Notes under the pieces: model-generated
What the model was told of the DNA's origin: nothing
Database searches by the model: none
What the model saw: the letters and a program-made list of their open reading frames with translations, nothing else
Translations under genes and position numbers: made by a program
Shown here: positions 60,257-64,000 of the stretch, in pieces
Numbering within the stretch: the stretch's first letter is position 1
How the letters are laid out: each line of letters opens with the position of its first letter
NCBI GenBank assembly: GCA_964576435.1
Contig: CAZNUP010000001.1
Coordinates: forward strand, 226,345-290,344
Reading direction: 5' to 3'
DNA length: 64,000 bases
From: an uncultured Gammaproteobacteria bacterium
Lineage (GTDB): Bacteria; Patescibacteriota; Microgenomatia; JAMCZE01

Positions 60257-62038
60257 TTAAATTTTTGCATAGACTCTTCGGATTCCAGATGACACTGCTT
60301 CTTCTTTTATGATTTTAATTTGTCCAATCTCTTTAGTATTTTGAACATGTGGTCCGCCACATATTTCCTTTGACACATCACCAAATGAATATACAGTGAC
60401 TTTTTCAGGATATTTCTCTTTAAAAAATGCCATCGCCCCTTCTTTAATTGCCTCTTCATAAGTCATTGTCTCAACTTTTCTTTCTAGTCCTTCACTAATC
60501 CATTTATTGATTAAATCTTCCACCTGTTTAATTTCTTCTGGAGTCAGTTTATTTGGATAAGAAAAATCAAATCGCAATCTTTCTCCTGTTAAATTAGATC
60601 CTTCCTGTCGGACCCCATTTCCTAAAACTTTTCGAAGTGCAGCTTGCAAAAGGTGTGTGGCAGTATGATATTTCACAACTTCATCTGAGTGGTCAGCGAG
60701 TCCTCCTTTAAACATTCCCTGGCTAGCAGTTCGAGATTTTTCTTTATGTTTAGAATAAGCTTCATCATATTCTTCCTTTGTCGCAACCTTAATGTTCTTG
60801 GCTTTACCCTCCTCCTCAGTCAACTCATAAGGGAACCCAAATGATTCATAAAGATAGAACACTTCTTCGGCAGACAACTCTCCACTTGCAGATAATTTTT
60901 CAAATTCTTTAAGTCCTTTAGAAAGTGTATTCCTAAATTTGGTTTCCTCTTTGGAAATAACCTCCTTAATATTTATTTTGTTTTCCAAGAGTTCTGGATA
61001 AACTTCAGCATATGTTTCTGCTACTGGGTCAACAACTTTCTCAATGAAATTTTCTTCAACACCTAAATTTTTACTATACCTAATAGCTCTTCTAATTAGT
61101 CTACGAAGCACATAACCTCTGTCTGTGTTACTAGGAAGTACTCCTGCTGAAATAAGGAATGTTGCGGAACGAATATGATCAGCGACAATCCGGAAGTCTT
61201 TAGATTCACCACCATATTGTTGTCCAGATATCTTTTCAATTGTTTTAATTATTTCAGAAAATACATCAGTCTTAAAAACATCCATGTCATTATTAAGCGC
61301 AGCCAGTGTTCTTTCTATGCCCCCTCCAAAATCTACGTTTTTTTGTTTCAGCTCTTCAAATCCATCAGAAGTTTTTTTATAAGTTATAAAAACACAATTT
61401 CCAATTTCAATGAATCTTCCACAATCACAATTTGGATGGCACTTTTCTCCAAATTTTGGATCATGTGGTACATGAGTGAATTCATAAAACACTTCGGAAC
61501 TTGGTCCGCCAATTTCTCCAACAGGCATTTTTTCAGGTGGGCCACTTCTGCTCCACCAATTTGATTTTCCACTGTAATAAAAAATCCTTTCTTCTGGAAA
61601 TCCTAGTTTTTTCCAAATATCCGCAGAGTATGTGTCTTTAGGGACATAGTCATTCCCCTCAAAACAGGTTGCATAAAGATTTTCTAATGAAAATCCTAAT
61701 TCTTTAGTCAAAAATTCAAAGTACCAAGGGATTTGTTCATCTTTAAAATAATCACCAAGTGACCAATTTCCCATCATCTCAAAAAAGGAGTCATGCCTAT
61801 TATCTCCAACCTCGTCAATATCCTGCCCTCTGAAGCACTTTTGAATATCCACAATTCTATTACCAAGTGGGTGTTTCTCTCCAAGTAGATATGGGATTAG
61901 AGGTTGCATTCCTGATCCCGTAAAGAGGGTAGTAGGATCATTTTCTGGGACCAATGAGCTAGAAGGCACAATTACCGAATTTCTCGGGGTTTGGGTCCAA
62001 AAGTCAAAATATTTCTTCCTAAGATCTAAGTGTTTCAT
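60257..62038 (-). CDS. alaS: alanyl-tRNA synthetase, short form lacking C-Ala domain
   Basis: DPTTLFTGSGMQ, FFEMMGNWS, DHIRS, RGYVLRRLIRRA, editing HTATH and CGGPH; ends at GIRRVYAKI. Confidence 0.96.
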   Translation of the reverse strand: MKHLDLRKKYFDFWTQTPRNSVIVPSSSLVPENDPTTLFTGSGMQPLIPYLLGEKHPLGNRIVDIQKCFRGQDIDEVGDNRHDSFFEMMGNWSLGDYFKDEQIPWYFEFLTKELGFSLENLYATCFEGNDYVPKDTYSADIWKKLGFPEERIFYYSGKSNWWSRSGPPEKMPVGEIGGPSSEVFYEFTHVPHDPKFGEKCHPNCDCGRFIEIGNCVFITYKKTSDGFEELKQKNVDFGGGIERTLAALNNDMDVFKTDVFSEIIKTIEKISGQQYGGESKDFRIVADHIRSATFLISAGVLPSNTDRGYVLRRLIRRAIRYSKNLGVEENFIEKVVDPVAETYAEVYPELLENKINIKEVISKEETKFRNTLSKGLKEFEKLSASGELSAEEVFYLYESFGFPYELTEEEGKAKNIKVATKEEYDEAYSKHKEKSRTASQGMFKGGLADHSDEVVKYHTATHLLQAALRKVLGNGVRQEGSNLTGERLRFDFSYPNKLTPEEIKQVEDLINKWISEGLERKVETMTYEEAIKEGAMAFFKEKYPEKVTVYSFGDVSKEICGGPHVQNTKEIGQIKIIKEEAVSSGIRRVYAKI

Positions 62039-62200
62039 AAAAAAACCTCGTTCCAGTATTAAATTAACTTAATACAAGGACGAGGAATTCTCGTGGTACC
62101 ACCTTGCTTGCTTCTTATTTTCTGCTTTACGGGCAGTTCCGGCAAACTCTTCGCTTGCAGCTCTTGGGTTGGCATCCCAATCAAACGCTTTTATACAACG
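62039..62200 (-). ncRNA. T-box riboswitch (Ala, GCU specifier) with ultra-short Stem I
   Basis: AAGGTGGTACCACG T-box at 62105-62092; terminator CCTCGT..ACGAGG-T7; Stem II and IIA/B-like CTGC-CCGTAAA-GCAG; Stem I internal loop GA-GCT-G. Confidence 0.85.
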
Positions 62201-62205
62201 TCTTT

Positions 62206-62214
62206 ATTATATCA
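62206..62214 (-). promoter_or_regulatory. extended -10 promoter of the alaS leader
   Basis: TGaTATAAT immediately upstream of the T-box leader. Confidence 0.65.
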
Positions 62215-62232
62215 AATCCGACGGCCTCAATC

Positions 62233-62499
62233 TTACTTTGCTGCTTTTTGGATTTGTTTACCCAGTGATTCTGTTGCTTTGCCAGCTTCTTTGACATTAT
62301 CCTTTGCTAATTTTTGTGCGCTAGAACCGATTTGGTTTAGTTTTGCACCGGTTTTGTCAAAAAGTTCTGGGTACTCATCGTAAATTCTTCTTCTAATTTT
62401 TCTGCCTTGATCTGTTCCAAACAAGAAAGCTATCCCTCCCGCAATTGCAGCACCAAAGATTGCACCAGCCATAAAATCCGAACTTCTATTATCAGACAT
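62233..62499 (-). CDS. YtxH-like protein
   Basis: FMAGAIFGAAIAGGIAFLF..GRKIR pattern, then a helical tail. Confidence 0.7.
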   Translation of the reverse strand: MSDNRSSDFMAGAIFGAAIAGGIAFLFGTDQGRKIRRRIYDEYPELFDKTGAKLNQIGSSAQKLAKDNVKEAGKATESLGKQIQKAAK

Positions 62500-62752
62500 T
62501 ATTTTCACTTCCTTTCGAAAAAAGTCTTGTCAGCAGTTTTCCATTTAAAATTTGCATAAGCATGTCTGAAATTGAACTAATTGGTAAGTTTACAGACTGA
62601 GTAATACTGTCTGTGTTATCAAGAACTCGATTTGCCTTTTCTATGGTGACCCGAAGATCCTTTAAAACATGGTAAGCCTGAATTCCAACAATGACAATCA
62701 TTGTTGTTAAGATGCCGAGCATAAATATTAAAATTGCTGCGGTTGCGTCCAT
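62492..62752 (-). CDS. small membrane protein (DUF948/YoxC-like)
   Basis: N-terminal TM plus coiled coil, upstream of the YtxH-like gene. Confidence 0.6.
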   Translation of the reverse strand: MDATAAILIFMLGILTTMIVIVGIQAYHVLKDLRVTIEKANRVLDNTDSITQSVNLPISSISDMLMQILNGKLLTRLFSKGSENNV

Positions 62753-62764
62753 ATTTCTAGTATA

Positions 62765-63397
62765 TCACTTTTCCAGTCGAATGTTTTTAATAATTGTAGT
62801 TTCCTTTTGATATTTATTTTTGGCTGAAATTGTAAGTGTGTTAAGTCCCGACTGAAGTGGAATGTCCACACTAAAAGTACCATTTTCGGAAATAAGTACC
62901 GGTTGGCTATTAATTGTTAAAGTCGCATCAGGATCAGATGTTCCACTAACTTTGACTACCTCTTTTGTCACGACACTATTATTTTGTGGAGTTTTAACAT
63001 TAAGTGCCGGTGCTCCGGCAAATGCAAAATATGAAAAACCTAGATATGCAAAAAACAGTACAAGGAAAACTGCAACTATAGTTCCTGTGAATAGTTGGGG
63101 TGTTAGTTTGAATCTTTTAACAAGAGGTTGAAAGCCCCGTGTTGGTAAATGTCTTGCTTTTCCTTCATCAACTTGGCGCCTATAAAACGCCATTGCATCA
63201 GTCGCAGATAATCCCAAAAAAGTTGCATAATTTCTAATAAAGCCTTTTGTAAAGGTTTGGTCCGGCAATTTGTCAAATTGGTTTTTTTCTAACGCATCCA
63301 AGAACTTAGCCCGGATCTTGGTGGCCTTTTCCACTTGTTCAATTGTCAGCCGTTTTTTATTCCGGCCGCTTTGTAGATATTCTCCAACGGTGATCAT
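62765..63397 (-). CDS. RodZ-like HTH membrane protein with C-terminal Ig-like domain
   Basis: VGEYL..R..TKIR..FLDALE..LP..KGFIRNYA, then TM and a beta-rich C-terminus; downstream of ftsK. Confidence 0.8.
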   Translation of the reverse strand: MITVGEYLQSGRNKKRLTIEQVEKATKIRAKFLDALEKNQFDKLPDQTFTKGFIRNYATFLGLSATDAMAFYRRQVDEGKARHLPTRGFQPLVKRFKLTPQLFTGTIVAVFLVLFFAYLGFSYFAFAGAPALNVKTPQNNSVVTKEVVKVSGTSDPDATLTINSQPVLISENGTFSVDIPLQSGLNTLTISAKNKYQKETTIIKNIRLEK

Positions 63398-63403
63398 AAT
63401 TTT

Positions 63404-64000
63404 TTATGGGGTTGGTGTGGCTTCGGCCGGAGCGCCGCCATTTCTTTGTGCAAAATATTCATCTGCATTTCGAACAAGAACATCTCGTGGTTTGCTGCCT
63501 TCACCGGGTCCCACTATACCCATTTCTTGGAGAGTGTCAAGGATTCGAGCGGCTCTAGCATACCCAATTGATAGTTTCCTCTGGAGAAGTGACGCGCTAG
63601 CCCTGTCATATTGGCAGACTGTTCTAATAGCATCATCAATAAATGGATCTCCTCCATTTGGATCAGCTTGTTTCCCGCCAGGTCCAGGTTTGGCTGCAAT
63701 TGGCATACTTGTGACTTCTTCAGTGTACTGAACAGGTCCGCCTTTGGTTTTAAGCCAATCAACTACTTTGTGAACTTCCGAGTCAGACAAGAAAGCACCT
63801 TGTACGCGAGCGGGTTTGCTTTGATCTGGTGGGACATACAGCATGTCTCCTCGTCCAAGAAGTTTTTCCGCTCCCGGGTTATCTAGAATAACGCGCGAGT
63901 CAATCATCGATGTAACGTTAAAGGCAATTCGGCACGGAATATTTGCCTTAATAAGTCCAGTTAAGACATCAACACTTGGTCTTTGTGTTGAAAGAATCAA
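63404..64000 (-). CDS. ftsK: DNA translocase FtsK/SpoIIIE, C-terminal part (5' end outside window)
   Basis: STQRPSVDV, GAEKLLGRGDML, gamma domain SLLQRKLSIGYARAAR. Confidence 0.95.
   Translation of the reverse strand: MILSTQRPSVDVLTGLIKANIPCRIAFNVTSMIDSRVILDNPGAEKLLGRGDMLYVPPDQSKPARVQGAFLSDSEVHKVVDWLKTKGGPVQYTEEVTSMPIAAKPGPGGKQADPNGGDPFIDDAIRTVCQYDRASASLLQRKLSIGYARAARILDTLQEMGIVGPGEGSKPRDVLVRNADEYFAQRNGGAPAEATPTP

Noticed and set aside
60257-62038. alaS truncation as gene decay
   Set aside because: Catalytic and editing motifs are intact, it has its own T-box, and short C-Ala-less AlaRS forms are known.

Overview
A 64 kb AT-rich chromosomal core region from a reduced-genome bacterium, most consistent with Patescibacteria/CPR, probably Microgenomates-like. 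Support for that: no rpmD/L30 between rpsE and rplO, short AlaRS and MetRS, a baseplate-J-like membrane protein, and few Shine-Dalgarno motifs. The window holds rpoBC-rpsL-rpsG-fusA-tuf-rpsJ and the S10/spc cluster on the minus strand. The infA-alpha-rplM-rpsI block lies about 31 kb away on the plus strand. It also carries DNA repair genes (pcrA, a UvrD-nuclease fusion, rmuC, recA, recX, an ATL), cell-envelope genes (LCP, GT-C, GT2, sortase, two FemAB-like, mltG, WecA/TagO-like, UbiA-like), metG, alaS, rny, tRNA-Pro(GGG) and a partial ftsK. I found no phage, IS, CRISPR array or rRNA. The strongest unexplained signals are non-coding or very small. (1) A candidate leaderless Met-Met leader-peptide attenuator (MKDKVFMMTERP) sits upstream of metG. 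(2) An alaS T-box has an ultra-short Stem I. (3) Many genes have a -10 box 6-7 nt before the start codon, suggesting leaderless mRNAs. (4) Hairpin plus U-tract leaders precede rpoB, fusA, rplC and infA. (5) The RpoB rifampicin pocket is naturally substituted. (6) A 59-aa Zn-finger gene is missing from the ORF track. All calls come from reading the sequence by eye; no searches or folding programs were run.
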